Program-made: the position numbers and the translations under genes
Virus record (IMG/VR): IMGVR_UViG_3300021957_003083
Span: 1-34,266 of that record
Reading direction: 5' to 3' (one strand)
DNA: 34,266 bases
Source: a virus
Lineage: Duplodnaviria > Caudoviricetes
Part shown: positions 25,589 through 34,266 of the stretch, piece by piece
Position numbering within the stretch: the stretch's first letter is position 1
Layout: each line of letters starts with the position of its first letter
Notes under the pieces: generated by a model
The model's input: only the letters and a program-made list of their open reading frames with translations
The model's database searches: none
What the model was told of the DNA's origin: nothing

Positions 25589-28500
25589 TGGTAGACTATA
25601 TCAATAAAGCACCAGACACTGACTTCGTTAATCTTGTGGAAGATGATGACTTCAAAAGAGATCTTGTTCGTTTTTTCAGTGGTGGAAGGTATAAGTACAC
25701 CAAGGATGAAATGAGAGAGATTGGCTTTGATGGTTTAACAAAAGAGTTTGTTGAACACATGAGAGCACAATCTTGGAACGAAGTAACAGCAGTTAGAGAC
25801 TTAAACTACGTAAAGAACAAGGACTTTAGCCAGACGGGTAAAGATGCCTTTGGTAGGCTCGTGTCGGCTTGGGATAACTCAGAACAAGTAGGAAGTACTT
25901 GGGGTGATGCTATAGGAGACTTCTCTGAAGCTATCATTACAGCTCCATCCACTTACATAGGTCTTGGTAGTTTTGGTATAGGTAAGCTTGGAGCAAAGGC
26001 AGGATCTAAGGCTGTTCAGCTTGCTGTTAGAGCAGGCCTAAAGCAAGCTACGCAAAAGGGAGTAGCAAAAACGGGTGCTCGTAGGTCAGTACTAGCCGAA
26101 GCAAAGAGAGAAGCTGCTATTGGTTTTGGTACTGGTGTAGGTGTTGGTGGTATCCAAGCTGGTGCTCAAGGTGAAACTAGGGAAGAAGTTGTAACTGCTG
26201 CTTCTGGTGCAGCAGATCAAGATTTTGAGTACACAACCAAGGATCTTATTTATGATTCTGTAATTGGTGGTGTAGCCGAAGGCACTTTGGGGGCTGCAGG
26301 TGGTCTTCTTTCAGGTGTTCTTGGTAGAGGAAGACAGAATAAGATAGATGACATTCTCCTTGAAAGGGGTAAAGCCTTTGCTCAAGAAGCTGAAGAAGCT
26401 GCTCTAAGGTCACTGGGTACTATTGATGGTGCTACTGCAGCCCAAAAGAAAGCTGCACAGACTATTGTTTCTGACCTAGATGAGATTCTATCTGCTCGTG
26501 CAGGTGTTAAAGGTGCTAAGCTAAAAGATAAGTTAGATCCAGAACGTGTGCGTAAGGGTCAAGCTATACTAGCATCTATGACAGACCCAAAGGCTAACCC
26601 TGAGTTTAGCTCAGGTCTTTCTGCCAATACCATGCGGGGTATTGCAGCAGCCTCTGTAGATCTTATGAGAGAGTTTAAGTTAGACACCCAAGGTGGTGAC
26701 CTTCGTATCACTCAGGCAGTAGCTGATGCTTTGCAAGAGGAAGGATCAGAAAGAGTATTCAATATCCTCGACACAGTAAAAAAGAAGTATGGCCTAAGTA
26801 AAGAAGAGTTCTCCCTAATATACCTAGCAGAGACATCAAGAGCTGGTCAAATACTTGGTTTCCAAAGTGCTATTAAAAGAGGTGGTAAGATTAGGGAAGG
26901 GGCTTTACCGATTGATGTTCTCTTTGCTAAGGGTTCCTCTTCTATAAGTGGTGTAGACGCCAAAGAGATATCTGCCGCTGCTGTCAGAAATAAAAAAGTA
27001 GGTCTAGTGTATGGCATCTTTCAGGATTTAGATACTCTTCGTGTTTCTCTTATGACTTCACAGCCTGCGACTACAGCAAGAAACGTCATGAGCACTGGCA
27101 TACTTATGGGTGCCGATATGTCGGATCAAGTATTCAAGGCAATCTTCAAAGGTATCTCTGGTGATACAACAGCCATAAAGAATATTATACCGAACACCTC
27201 TGCTATCCTAAGAGGTATGACGGTGAATAAGACTGAAGCTCAACTCCTAAAGCAGATCATGTTAGACGAACTTCCTGAGGAGTCCAAGCGTTTGTACTCT
27301 GAGGCAATGCGTTTAGAAATAGGCATGGAGAGTAATAGTGTTCTTGCTAAAGTAGGCCGTGCTGCTAACTTTGCAAACACACTCACAGACACGGCTCTAA
27401 AAGAATCTATTTTCTACGGTGACCTAGACAGGCAGTTCAGAGCACAAGGTCTGTCTATGACTGACTGGCTCAGATCCAATACAAAATTAGATGACCTACC
27501 AGATGGTATCTCAGTAGAGGCAGCTACAAAAGAAGCTAACTCTATGACGATGCAAGATACATTTAGGGATTCTGATTCCGCAGTTGGCACGGTTACTAAG
27601 GCTTTAGTTAGGTTGAATAGAAAAGTTCCATTCCTTGTTTCTACTGCAGCTGGTGTTCCGTTTCCCAGGTATCTGGGTAACCACATACAAAAGATGTCAG
27701 AGTATGCACCTCTATTTGGGGAAGCTTTTCATAGGGCTAAGATCACACAAGGGCCAGAGGATAAGGCAACTAGGTATGCTAGGCAAGCTACTGGTGCTAT
27801 GATGCTGTGGGGTGGGTACGAACTAGCCAAGCAACGCCAGGGTGAGGTGGATTATGGTTCTATAAAGAACACAATGATACAAGAATTTGGTGATGATGCT
27901 GACCTTAAGCCTTTACTTGGTGCTACAATGATACACATGTATGTTGGTGATCAGATTTGGAGAGCAGAAAACAACCTACCCGCATCTTACGAAGATGGAG
28001 AGCAGTTCAAAAACGATATGGCCGATGTACTAGGTGGTATTCCTGAATTCTCATTTGATCTTGGACTAGCAACTGGACCTATACTTGCCATGCTGACAGA
28101 AGGCGGGGATGCTGCCACAGAGACAGCAAGAAGACAGTTTGGTGACTTTATTGCCACCTATACAATGAACCCTGCCACCGCCCTAACTAGAGACATCGTT
28201 GGTCAGATTGCCCCTGATCAAGGTGGGTCACCTTACACTAAAGACCTTGCTGAAGGTATGGATGTAAGTATGCTTGGCGCAGGTACTCCATCTGAGGAAA
28301 TGAAGAACAGAGCACTACGTTTTGCTCCTGATCTTTTATTTATACAGTACACACAATCATTCAACGGTGAGACAGACTTAGACTATTATGACTTTGATAA
28401 CCCAGTCGCCAGAGGTAAGATTGACCCTGGACTTAAGCAGCTAACTGGTGTTGCAGGTAAACCACCTACGACTTCACTACAAAAAGAAATGTCTAAGTAC

Positions 28501-28995
28501 AACCTAAAGAACTACCAACTATACACAAATAGAACAGCTAATACAGCTAACGTTGATCTTGTTCTTAGACACAGACTAGCTAAGACAATGTATAAAGACT
28601 TCGAGGATTGGAAAGCCAATGCTATCGCCTCTCCCCGTTATGGTGAAAAGACCTACAATGAAATTGTTGAGGACTCTAGTATTGATAATGCAGACAAGAA
28701 AGCAATTTTAGAAGGTTGGATTAAAGATAGAATCTCTTATGAGAAAGAACAAGTAGAGTCTATGTTTGAATCCTTTGTGGCTGAAAGCCCAATCAAAGCC
28801 AGAGGATTCATAAGGAACAACTACACGTTCTATGCTAAGAGGGGTGAAGGTAAAAGAAACTTAGACACTGCTGCTCAAATGATAAATGGGACTTCAGCAG
28901 AGGAGTACCTTTCGGGATCTGAGTCAGTTCAAGATGAGCTGGAAAGAAGAATGAAACTACTGGCGTCTGTACCAAACATTGCAGACATAAAATAA
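25588..28995 (+). CDS. Large internal virion (DNA ejection) protein, putative
   Basis: 1135 aa, last gene of the structural arm, with G/A-rich hydrophobic stretches. The position matches T7 gp16-type proteins. Confidence 0.6.
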   Translation: MVDYINKAPDTDFVNLVEDDDFKRDLVRFFSGGRYKYTKDEMREIGFDGLTKEFVEHMRAQSWNEVTAVRDLNYVKNKDFSQTGKDAFGRLVSAWDNSEQVGSTWGDAIGDFSEAIITAPSTYIGLGSFGIGKLGAKAGSKAVQLAVRAGLKQATQKGVAKTGARRSVLAEAKREAAIGFGTGVGVGGIQAGAQGETREEVVTAASGAADQDFEYTTKDLIYDSVIGGVAEGTLGAAGGLLSGVLGRGRQNKIDDILLERGKAFAQEAEEAALRSLGTIDGATAAQKKAAQTIVSDLDEILSARAGVKGAKLKDKLDPERVRKGQAILASMTDPKANPEFSSGLSANTMRGIAAASVDLMREFKLDTQGGDLRITQAVADALQEEGSERVFNILDTVKKKYGLSKEEFSLIYLAETSRAGQILGFQSAIKRGGKIREGALPIDVLFAKGSSSISGVDAKEISAAAVRNKKVGLVYGIFQDLDTLRVSLMTSQPATTARNVMSTGILMGADMSDQVFKAIFKGISGDTTAIKNIIPNTSAILRGMTVNKTEAQLLKQIMLDELPEESKRLYSEAMRLEIGMESNSVLAKVGRAANFANTLTDTALKESIFYGDLDRQFRAQGLSMTDWLRSNTKLDDLPDGISVEAATKEANSMTMQDTFRDSDSAVGTVTKALVRLNRKVPFLVSTAAGVPFPRYLGNHIQKMSEYAPLFGEAFHRAKITQGPEDKATRYARQATGAMMLWGGYELAKQRQGEVDYGSIKNTMIQEFGDDADLKPLLGATMIHMYVGDQIWRAENNLPASYEDGEQFKNDMADVLGGIPEFSFDLGLATGPILAMLTEGGDAATETARRQFGDFIATYTMNPATALTRDIVGQIAPDQGGSPYTKDLAEGMDVSMLGAGTPSEEMKNRALRFAPDLLFIQYTQSFNGETDLDYYDFDNPVARGKIDPGLKQLTGVAGKPPTTSLQKEMSKYNLKNYQLYTNRTANTANVDLVLRHRLAKTMYKDFEDWKANAIASPRYGEKTYNEIVEDSSIDNADKKAILEGWIKDRISYEKEQVESMFESFVAESPIKARGFIRNNYTFYAKRGEGKRNLDTAAQMINGTSAEEYLSGSESVQDELERRMKLLASVPNIADIK

Positions 28996-29026
28996 AAGAA
29001 CCCCCAGTGATTAGCTGGGGGTTTTA
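28996..29026. terminator. Bidirectional intrinsic terminator between the converging genome arms
   Basis: AACCCCCAG-TGATTAG-CTGGGGGTT perfect 9 bp inverted repeat (28999-29023), with an A-rich left flank and a T-rich right flank, between stops at 28995 (+) and 29029 (-). Confidence 0.9.
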
Positions 29027-29028
29027 GT

Positions 29029-29283
29029 TCATGATGATTTGTCGATAGTCTTTTTGTAGTCAAGCATAAGACATGAATAGCAGTATGCTTGTGAAACGAT
29101 CTCATCTGATCGTAGATACTTCCCAGATGCTAGTAACCCTGACAAGGCAGCACCTGCAAAGTAATCCCGACTGGGTAAGTCCCCAGCAGGAATCTCCTTC
29201 TTTAGAAACTCTTGGGCTTCCTGCTCAAGGGTTTTTATTTGTTTAGGGGGTCTCCCTCTTCTTTTCTTGATTACCTCTGTCAA
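29029..29283 (-). CDS. Small protein with AT-hook-like motif
   Basis: 84 aa with KKRRGRPPK at the N-terminus and the RDYFAGAALSGLLA phage motif. Confidence 0.65.
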   Translation of the reverse strand: MTEVIKKRRGRPPKQIKTLEQEAQEFLKKEIPAGDLPSRDYFAGAALSGLLASGKYLRSDEIVSQAYCYSCLMLDYKKTIDKSS

Positions 29284-29600
29284 CGGTGCCTCTCCTTAAG
29301 TGCTTCTAGCATTTTACTGAGGTACCACTGAGCCTTTTCCATGTCCTCTACAGGATTACGTTTATACCTGTATCGGTGCTGGTACTTAATAAAGTTACCG
29401 TGGCAATAGGAAATGAAACCATTAAGACCTAGAACTTGTCTAATGTAGTCAATACACTCAACGCCATCTGTGTGGTTGTAGTGAAAGGGTTTAGTAACCG
29501 CATCAAAAGAATCACGAGGATCTTCCAGAGTGGTTATATTACACTCAGGGCACTGACTACTATCATCAAGTAAGTAACCACAGTCTGCGCAATATGTCAT
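29280..29600 (-). CDS. DUF3310 (T7 gp1.7 nucleotide kinase-like) protein with N-terminal Zn-ribbon
   Basis: VTKPFHY, ECIDYI, GNFIKYQHRYRYK, EDMEKAQWYL motifs, and CADC..CPEC at the N-terminus. Confidence 0.8.
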   Translation of the reverse strand: MTYCADCGYLLDDSSQCPECNITTLEDPRDSFDAVTKPFHYNHTDGVECIDYIRQVLGLNGFISYCHGNFIKYQHRYRYKRNPVEDMEKAQWYLSKMLEALKERHR

Positions 29601-29604
29601 AGTA

Positions 29605-30315
29605 CTACAACCCTTCCTTCATAAACACCTTCACCCACTGTGCGCAGATGTCAGAACGTACAATGTCCTCAACACCAAACTCCACAACGGGTACGGGTAT
29701 CATATGTTTCTTAGCCAAGTGAATAACCTTAGACAGTCCATCAGCTTCCTTCAGGTCTGACTGCTGCACATCACCATTTAGGACAATAGTACTCCCTTCA
29801 CCTACACGAGTCAAGAGCATCTTAAGTTCGTGTGTAGTGATGTTCTGGGTTTCATCAACGATGATAAAGGCATTGTCAAAGGTACGGCCCCTCATGAGAG
29901 CTAGGGGTGCCATCTCGATATTGCCGTTCTTGATACCAGTTTCAACTGTACCTTTACCAAGATGCTTTTCTAGTACGTCTAGGACGGGTAAGGCCCAAGG
30001 CATAGTCTTCTCTGCCAAGTCACCCTTCAGGAAACCAAGCTCTTTACCCACCGCCACATGCGGCCTCGTGATAACGATTTTATCAATTTGTTTAGTCGTA
30101 TAGAGGTCCGATGCATACGTTGCCGTGACGTAAGTTTTACCTGTTCCAGCTGGACCAAGAACAAATACTTGATTCGATGATGATAACGCATCTATAAAAT
30201 CCTTCTGCTTGGTAGTGCGGGGCACTAGACCGGATGTCTTCCGGTCAGATGCACCCTTGTAGGTAGTCTTACGTCTAGTTCTCTTTGGCTTTTCAATAGT
30301 GTCAGTTCCAATCAT
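29605..30315 (-). CDS. phoH: PhoH-family ATPase
   Basis: GPAGTGKT, IVITRP, LGFLKGDLAEK, MRGRTF, IVDETQN, LLTRVGEGS, NGDVQQSDL, DIVRS. Confidence 0.95.
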   Translation of the reverse strand: MIGTDTIEKPKRTRRKTTYKGASDRKTSGLVPRTTKQKDFIDALSSSNQVFVLGPAGTGKTYVTATYASDLYTTKQIDKIVITRPHVAVGKELGFLKGDLAEKTMPWALPVLDVLEKHLGKGTVETGIKNGNIEMAPLALMRGRTFDNAFIIVDETQNITTHELKMLLTRVGEGSTIVLNGDVQQSDLKEADGLSKVIHLAKKHMIPVPVVEFGVEDIVRSDICAQWVKVFMKEGL

Positions 30316-30764
30316 AGAGTAACTAGCTCAGCTTCTGTATAAGGAATGTGAAAAAAGGTTTCATTCTCTGGCATTCTGTAATTAGGCCCACTAGGCTTTT
30401 TAATACAGTCATCTGTCATCTGAGTGCCTTTAATCTTCCATGCCTTGTCATACGTTTTATTAACAACAAAGAAGGATAGGTTCTCTAGATTGTCCTGATA
30501 CTTCTGAACCAAGCGCCTCTTACGTCCAGGGATACGAACCTCAGCCCACCATGTAGGCCAATCCCCTGACCACTGTGCCTTACGTTCAACCTCGTGATAA
30601 AAGGTCTGACCATCCTTCGTGGAGACTACATCAGCAAAGTAGTCTTCCTTCTGTGATACGATCTCGTGACCTTCCTTCTCAAGGAATTTAATCAAGGCTT
30701 GTTTGGAAGGCTCGTTTACCTTATCATATACGTCTTTACGGAATCTACGGGTGTGTACTTGCAT
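30312..30764 (-). CDS. Hypothetical protein, possible PD-(D/E)XK nuclease fold
   Basis: 150 aa with ADVV-x8-HEVERK spacing resembling D...ExK catalytic motifs. Confidence 0.45.
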   Translation of the reverse strand: MQVHTRRFRKDVYDKVNEPSKQALIKFLEKEGHEIVSQKEDYFADVVSTKDGQTFYHEVERKAQWSGDWPTWWAEVRIPGRKRRLVQKYQDNLENLSFFVVNKTYDKAWKIKGTQMTDDCIKKPSGPNYRMPENETFFHIPYTEAELVTL

Positions 30765-30987
30765 TTAACAGGTGCTCCTTAAGTTCAGTGTAACCTCCGA
30801 TTAGTTTACCAGATTCATCGAAGATTTGAGGTACTGTAGTAAGATTTGTTTTCTTTAGCAAGGTTAAAACCCACTTAGAGCTAGTAGAGTGTACGTTATA
30901 TTCTACGTAACTAATACCCTTATTGCCCATCATTACTTTAGCTAGATCACAGAAGTTGCACTGCTCTCTCGAAATTATTGTGTACAT
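30745..30987 (-). CDS. Glutaredoxin
   Basis: CNFC active site, TVPQIF, LIGGYTEL. Close to the RNR gene. Confidence 0.92.
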   Translation of the reverse strand: MYTIISREQCNFCDLAKVMMGNKGISYVEYNVHSTSSKWVLTLLKKTNLTTVPQIFDESGKLIGGYTELKEHLLNASTHP

Positions 30988-30995
30988 ACTAACCC

Positions 30996-31385
30996 CTATG
31001 TTCCTGTACGAAGGTACTTCTCTCTTCTTTTCTGTCGCCTAACTTCTGGTGACTTAGACCAGTATTTTCTATGATCACGTGCTCTATTCCTAGCCTTCTC
31101 ATCAACGTATGTCTTAAAGGTACCCCTAGAGGCAGCGCAATTACAAGAATGATGTGAAAAAGAAATATTATCTAAGTCAAAGAATAGGCCTAATGGATCT
31201 TCACTGTGTAGCCAAGGTTCTTTGTGTTCTATTGAGAAGTCATCTCTCTCCATTTGAGCGCCACACTGAAAGCAAAAGTCTTGACCACTCTTAACTATAA
31301 AGTCCCACAGTAAGTCTTTTACTAGTCTGTGGCTGGCTGTTCCTGGGTCCATGCCTAACTGTTTTTTCTTCTCTTGTTTACTCAC
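30996..31385 (-). CDS. HNH-endonuclease-like protein
   Basis: Start moved to GTG 31385 (GGAGGA SD at 31396-31391), giving 129 aa. CFQC...SIEHKEP...NISFSHHSCN gives a Zn-binding HNH-like pattern, with a basic C-terminal tail. Confidence 0.65.
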   Translation of the reverse strand: MSKQEKKKQLGMDPGTASHRLVKDLLWDFIVKSGQDFCFQCGAQMERDDFSIEHKEPWLHSEDPLGLFFDLDNISFSHHSCNCAASRGTFKTYVDEKARNRARDHRKYWSKSPEVRRQKRREKYLRTGT

Positions 31386-31412
31386 GACTATCCTCCGATG
31401 TCTGTTAGTATG

Positions 31413-31489
31413 TGGCCCACCCCGCAGGACTTGAACCTGCAACCTACGGTTTAGAAGACCGTTGCTCTATCCAGTTGAGCTAGGGGTGG
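31413..31489 (-). tRNA. tRNA-Arg (anticodon UCU)
   Basis: CCACCCC-TA-GCTC-AACTGGATA-GAGC-A-ACGGT-CTTCTAA-ACCGT-AGGTT-GCAGG-TTCAAGT-CCTGC-GGGGTGG-G-CCA. All stems pair, and A20, G73 and an encoded CCA are present. Confidence 0.97.
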
Positions 31490-31497
31490 TATGTCTC

Positions 31498-33396
31498 TTA
31501 CACTAAGTCTACGATCTCGCAGCTATCGCCAGAACAAGCAAGTGTCTGACTTCCAGCTGTGTTATCTTCTGATTCATAATCTGAAAGAAGTGACCAGTCA
31601 ATAGACGGAGGCATCAACGATAAAAGTTCTTTATACTTACCTTTATCTACCTCTTGGTAAGGAGCTTGCTGGTAAGTGTGTTCATTGTATGGCAAGAATG
31701 AGACACCAGACATTTCGTCAAAGTGCTCGTAAACAAACGCACCCACTTGAAACCATTCAGAATTTTTTACATTTATAGTCACCGATGGTTTGTGCTCACA
31801 CCATGATCGTTGGTATGCAAGCCACATTTCCAGCTGTTCAACTGCAGTCAGATCTGATGTTGTAACAGCTCCTGCTGGTGACTTCATAGGGAAGCTGAAC
31901 ACTGTAGTCTGATCAGGCTTCATTACATCAGGTTCGTTAGGAATACCTTGGTCAACCATGAACTGCGTCAGTGGGTCTTTGTTGTCACCACGCACAGTAC
32001 GAATGTAATACTCTGAGTGACGAGCATGAATACCACTAGCAGAGTCAACAAGCTGGGAGACAGTGCCACTAGGTTTGACGCAAGTGATAGCAGTAGACAC
32101 AGGGATATTAAGGCGTTCAGCCCACTCAGCATTTGTAGAAACGGCAATAGCTTTAAGATGTTCAAGGGTCTTCTCCAATCCTTTGTTCTTTGTTGTCATT
32201 AATGGATTATCCATAATGCCTGTAAGGCTGACACCAAGTAAACGTTCCTCTTCTGTATTCCGTTGCCATATCTTACGTAGATAAGGGAACTTCGTGTGAG
32301 AAGATTGAATAGTACCTAAGATGGTAGCCAGACGAACCTTCTTACCAAGTGTTTCAAGAGTATCAGTGGCACGTACAACTACTTCCGTTAAGTTGCAAAA
32401 TTGATACGGACGTAAAATTATTTCAGAACAAGGGTTTGTACCGAATTCGTAGTCTGCATTACGCCTACCATTCTTAGCTGCTTGCTTCTTGGAGGCTTCA
32501 CGATTAAAGATACCTCGCTCACCAGATTGAGATTCTACTAGGGCTTGCCACTCACGCATGAAAGAGATGCTGTCGGGCTTCTCAGTATAAGACACAGAGT
32601 TGTTAGCCAAAGCTCGTTGTGGATCGTTTTCCCACCATGCACCTGACTTAGCGTGGCGCATACGATCATCTGACAAATTTGACAAACTGATCATCGCTGA
32701 GCGTCTCACGCCCCCTACGACCACCACTTCACCAATCTTACACATGATGTCGTGACACTCAATAGAAGAAAGCTTGCGGCCTTGGGCCTCTTTGAATGTA
32801 TGGATAACAAAGTTAAAGAGATCAATAAGAGGCGCTGGGCCGCTGGCTCTTCCACCAAATGTTTTAAGTCTTGCACCAGCAGGACGTACACGAGACACAT
32901 CCCATTTCGGGATCTCACCACTATACAGGAGTGCAATAACTTGACGCAAAGCCTTAGCCCACCCTTCCTTACTGTCCTTAACGACAATGACAGACTCACT
33001 CTCGAAGAGTTGAGGCACTTCTGGGAGCTTGCTGATGAATTGTCTCTCGACAGAGAACCCAACTCCTGTACCACAGAGCAAGATGAACATAGCCTCATCG
33101 AAGGACTTAAGGTCATCTACGGGTAAGTAGCTACAGTTGTAGCCAGCTGTATTGTCACGATCCAAGGCTGGACCTGCTGTCATCAACGCTCTCATAGAAG
33201 GCATTACTTCTAGGTTGCGGATGGCATCTGCAATATCCTTGGTATAGCTGTCCTTGCCTGCGACAGGGTACACCAGGTTTTCCATGTATCGGTCTACTGT
33301 TTCATCAAAGGATTCACGCCCCTTTCCGTCAAAGTATCTGGCATAACGTGACTTGTGAATGAATGCTTGGTAGTCTGTTGGTAGTTGATTGTTCAT
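31498..33396 (-). CDS. nrdJ: Class II (adenosylcobalamin-dependent) monomeric ribonucleotide reductase
   Basis: 632 aa with MPSMR, YNCSY, GGVRRSA, TNPCSEI, TCVKPSGTVSQL and C-terminal CSGDSCE. No beta-subunit gene nearby. Confidence 0.92.
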   Translation of the reverse strand: MNNQLPTDYQAFIHKSRYARYFDGKGRESFDETVDRYMENLVYPVAGKDSYTKDIADAIRNLEVMPSMRALMTAGPALDRDNTAGYNCSYLPVDDLKSFDEAMFILLCGTGVGFSVERQFISKLPEVPQLFESESVIVVKDSKEGWAKALRQVIALLYSGEIPKWDVSRVRPAGARLKTFGGRASGPAPLIDLFNFVIHTFKEAQGRKLSSIECHDIMCKIGEVVVVGGVRRSAMISLSNLSDDRMRHAKSGAWWENDPQRALANNSVSYTEKPDSISFMREWQALVESQSGERGIFNREASKKQAAKNGRRNADYEFGTNPCSEIILRPYQFCNLTEVVVRATDTLETLGKKVRLATILGTIQSSHTKFPYLRKIWQRNTEEERLLGVSLTGIMDNPLMTTKNKGLEKTLEHLKAIAVSTNAEWAERLNIPVSTAITCVKPSGTVSQLVDSASGIHARHSEYYIRTVRGDNKDPLTQFMVDQGIPNEPDVMKPDQTTVFSFPMKSPAGAVTTSDLTAVEQLEMWLAYQRSWCEHKPSVTINVKNSEWFQVGAFVYEHFDEMSGVSFLPYNEHTYQQAPYQEVDKGKYKELLSLMPPSIDWSLLSDYESEDNTAGSQTLACSGDSCEIVDLV

Positions 33397-33776
33397 CTGT
33401 TGTCTCCCGAACCTTTCAGTGTTCCTCGTTTTTCTCTGTCGTCTAACTTAGTAATATTCATTTCCATGACAACGCCTATATCAGACAGGAAATAGTTTGC
33501 TAGGGCCGTTGTATAGAATAGAACATCACCTAACTCTTTAATGATTTCGTCAGAGGTAACCTTCTCGCCATCTCTGATCTTCTTCTTGATCTTCTCAGCT
33601 ACCTCACCTGCCTCACCGACAAGGCCTAGAGTATTCTCTACTAGCCTATCATGGCCGTGAGTTAGCATCTTCTTTTCAACCCACTTAGAGTAATCTATGA
33701 GTGTCTTGCTGTACTGTGGACTACCACTAAACATCTCAAAGTAACCCATCCCCTCTAGGTCTTTCTCACTTATCAT
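33393..33776 (-). CDS. mazG: MazG-like nucleotide pyrophosphohydrolase
   Basis: LGLVGEAGEVAEKIKK, ELGDVLFY, KLDDREKRGTLKGSGDNR. Confidence 0.9.
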   Translation of the reverse strand: MISEKDLEGMGYFEMFSGSPQYSKTLIDYSKWVEKKMLTHGHDRLVENTLGLVGEAGEVAEKIKKKIRDGEKVTSDEIIKELGDVLFYTTALANYFLSDIGVVMEMNITKLDDREKRGTLKGSGDNR

Positions 33777-33927
33777 TTCTTTTCACCTCTATTTCTACTA
33801 CTTCAATATCGTCTAGGTCATACAGAATATCCTGGATAATATCACCAAGGCTCAGTTCTACGCTGTCAGAGGCAATGTAATTTGCCTTTGGGTCTAACCT
33901 AACAAGCATCGTCACTTCAAACAACAC
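33766..33927 (-). CDS. Small acidic hypothetical protein (53 aa, not in the ORF track)
   Basis: GGAGG SD at 33937-33933, GTG start, MLFEVTMLVRLDPKANYIASDSVELSLGDIIQDILYDLDDIEVVEIEVKRNDK*. Fills the gap and overlaps the mazG start. Confidence 0.7.
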   Translation of the reverse strand: MLFEVTMLVRLDPKANYIASDSVELSLGDIIQDILYDLDDIEVVEIEVKRNDK

Positions 33928-33938
33928 AGGAACCTCCA

Positions 33939-33967
33939 AGTTATATAGTCTAAAATGCTCACGTCAA
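33939..33967 (-). promoter_or_regulatory. Sigma70-like promoter upstream of the mazG-nrdJ gene run
   Basis: On the - strand: TTGACG (33967-33962), 16 nt spacer, TATAACT (33945-33939). Same layout as the capsid promoter. Confidence 0.6.
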
Positions 33968-33970
33968 GAA

Positions 33971-34266
33971 TTATTCCTGCAGCCAAGCATCTGGAATTGA
34001 TTTGTCTGCATACTTAAAACCGTACTTGTCACACCAGTCTGCGTAGGAAGACTTAGCACCCTTGTAAAGCTTTGATCTGCTGTTATAAAATACGAATCGG
34101 ATATCAAGATCAGGAAACTGCTTCTTGATTTCTTTATGTTTGCGTCTGTCGTTAGCTACAAACCGTCCCTTGGTCTCGATTATAATACCATTACCAAGAA
34201 CAAAGTCAGGAGTGTAAGTCCTGACCTTAAGATCTACCCACTTGATCTTTTCTTTCTCGTAGGTGA
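33971..34266 (-). CDS. T7 gp3-like endonuclease I (Holliday junction resolvase), 5' truncated
   Basis: TYTPDFVLGNGIIIETKGRFVANDRRKHKEIKKQFPDLDIRFVF...SYADWCDKYGFKYADKSIPDAWLQE*. Confidence 0.93.
   Translation of the reverse strand, partial: TYEKEKIKWVDLKVRTYTPDFVLGNGIIIETKGRFVANDRRKHKEIKKQFPDLDIRFVFYNSRSKLYKGAKSSYADWCDKYGFKYADKSIPDAWLQE

Noticed and set aside
31386-31442. N-terminal extension of the 148 aa ORF in the track
   Set aside because: It runs through the tRNA 3' half. A GTG at 31385 with a strong GGAGGA SD is the better start.
31413-31489. tRNA as a prophage attachment site
   Set aside because: No integrase or duplicated tRNA 3' end is visible, and phage genes continue on both sides.

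Overview
This window is a 34 kb piece of a marine podovirus genome, probably SIO1/cobavirus-like or HMO-2011-type (inferred from gene content and layout, not from a database search). The + strand arm (1-28995) is morphogenetic: end of the terminase large subunit, portal, scaffold, major capsid protein, two tail tubular proteins, a long tail fibre, two very Cys-rich proteins, internal virion proteins and an SLT-type muramidase. The - strand arm (29029-34266) holds nucleotide-metabolism and DNA-processing genes: T7 gp3-like endonuclease I, MazG, class II RNR, tRNA-Arg(UCU), an HNH-like ORF, glutaredoxin, PhoH and DUF3310. The two arms meet at a bidirectional intrinsic terminator. The most unusual part is a seven-gene cassette (14350-19887) directly after the Cys-rich tail genes. 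It encodes a GT9-like glycosyltransferase, a NodU/CmcH carbamoyltransferase, GmhB, split HldE nucleotidyltransferase and kinase, a cupin and HldD. This is a nearly complete NDP-heptose pathway without GmhA, and it may modify the virion. A second highlight is a C-rich internal-loop RNA motif (YAC opposite CC) that occurs four times in the leaders of the scaffold and capsid genes. All product calls rest on motifs read by eye plus gene order.
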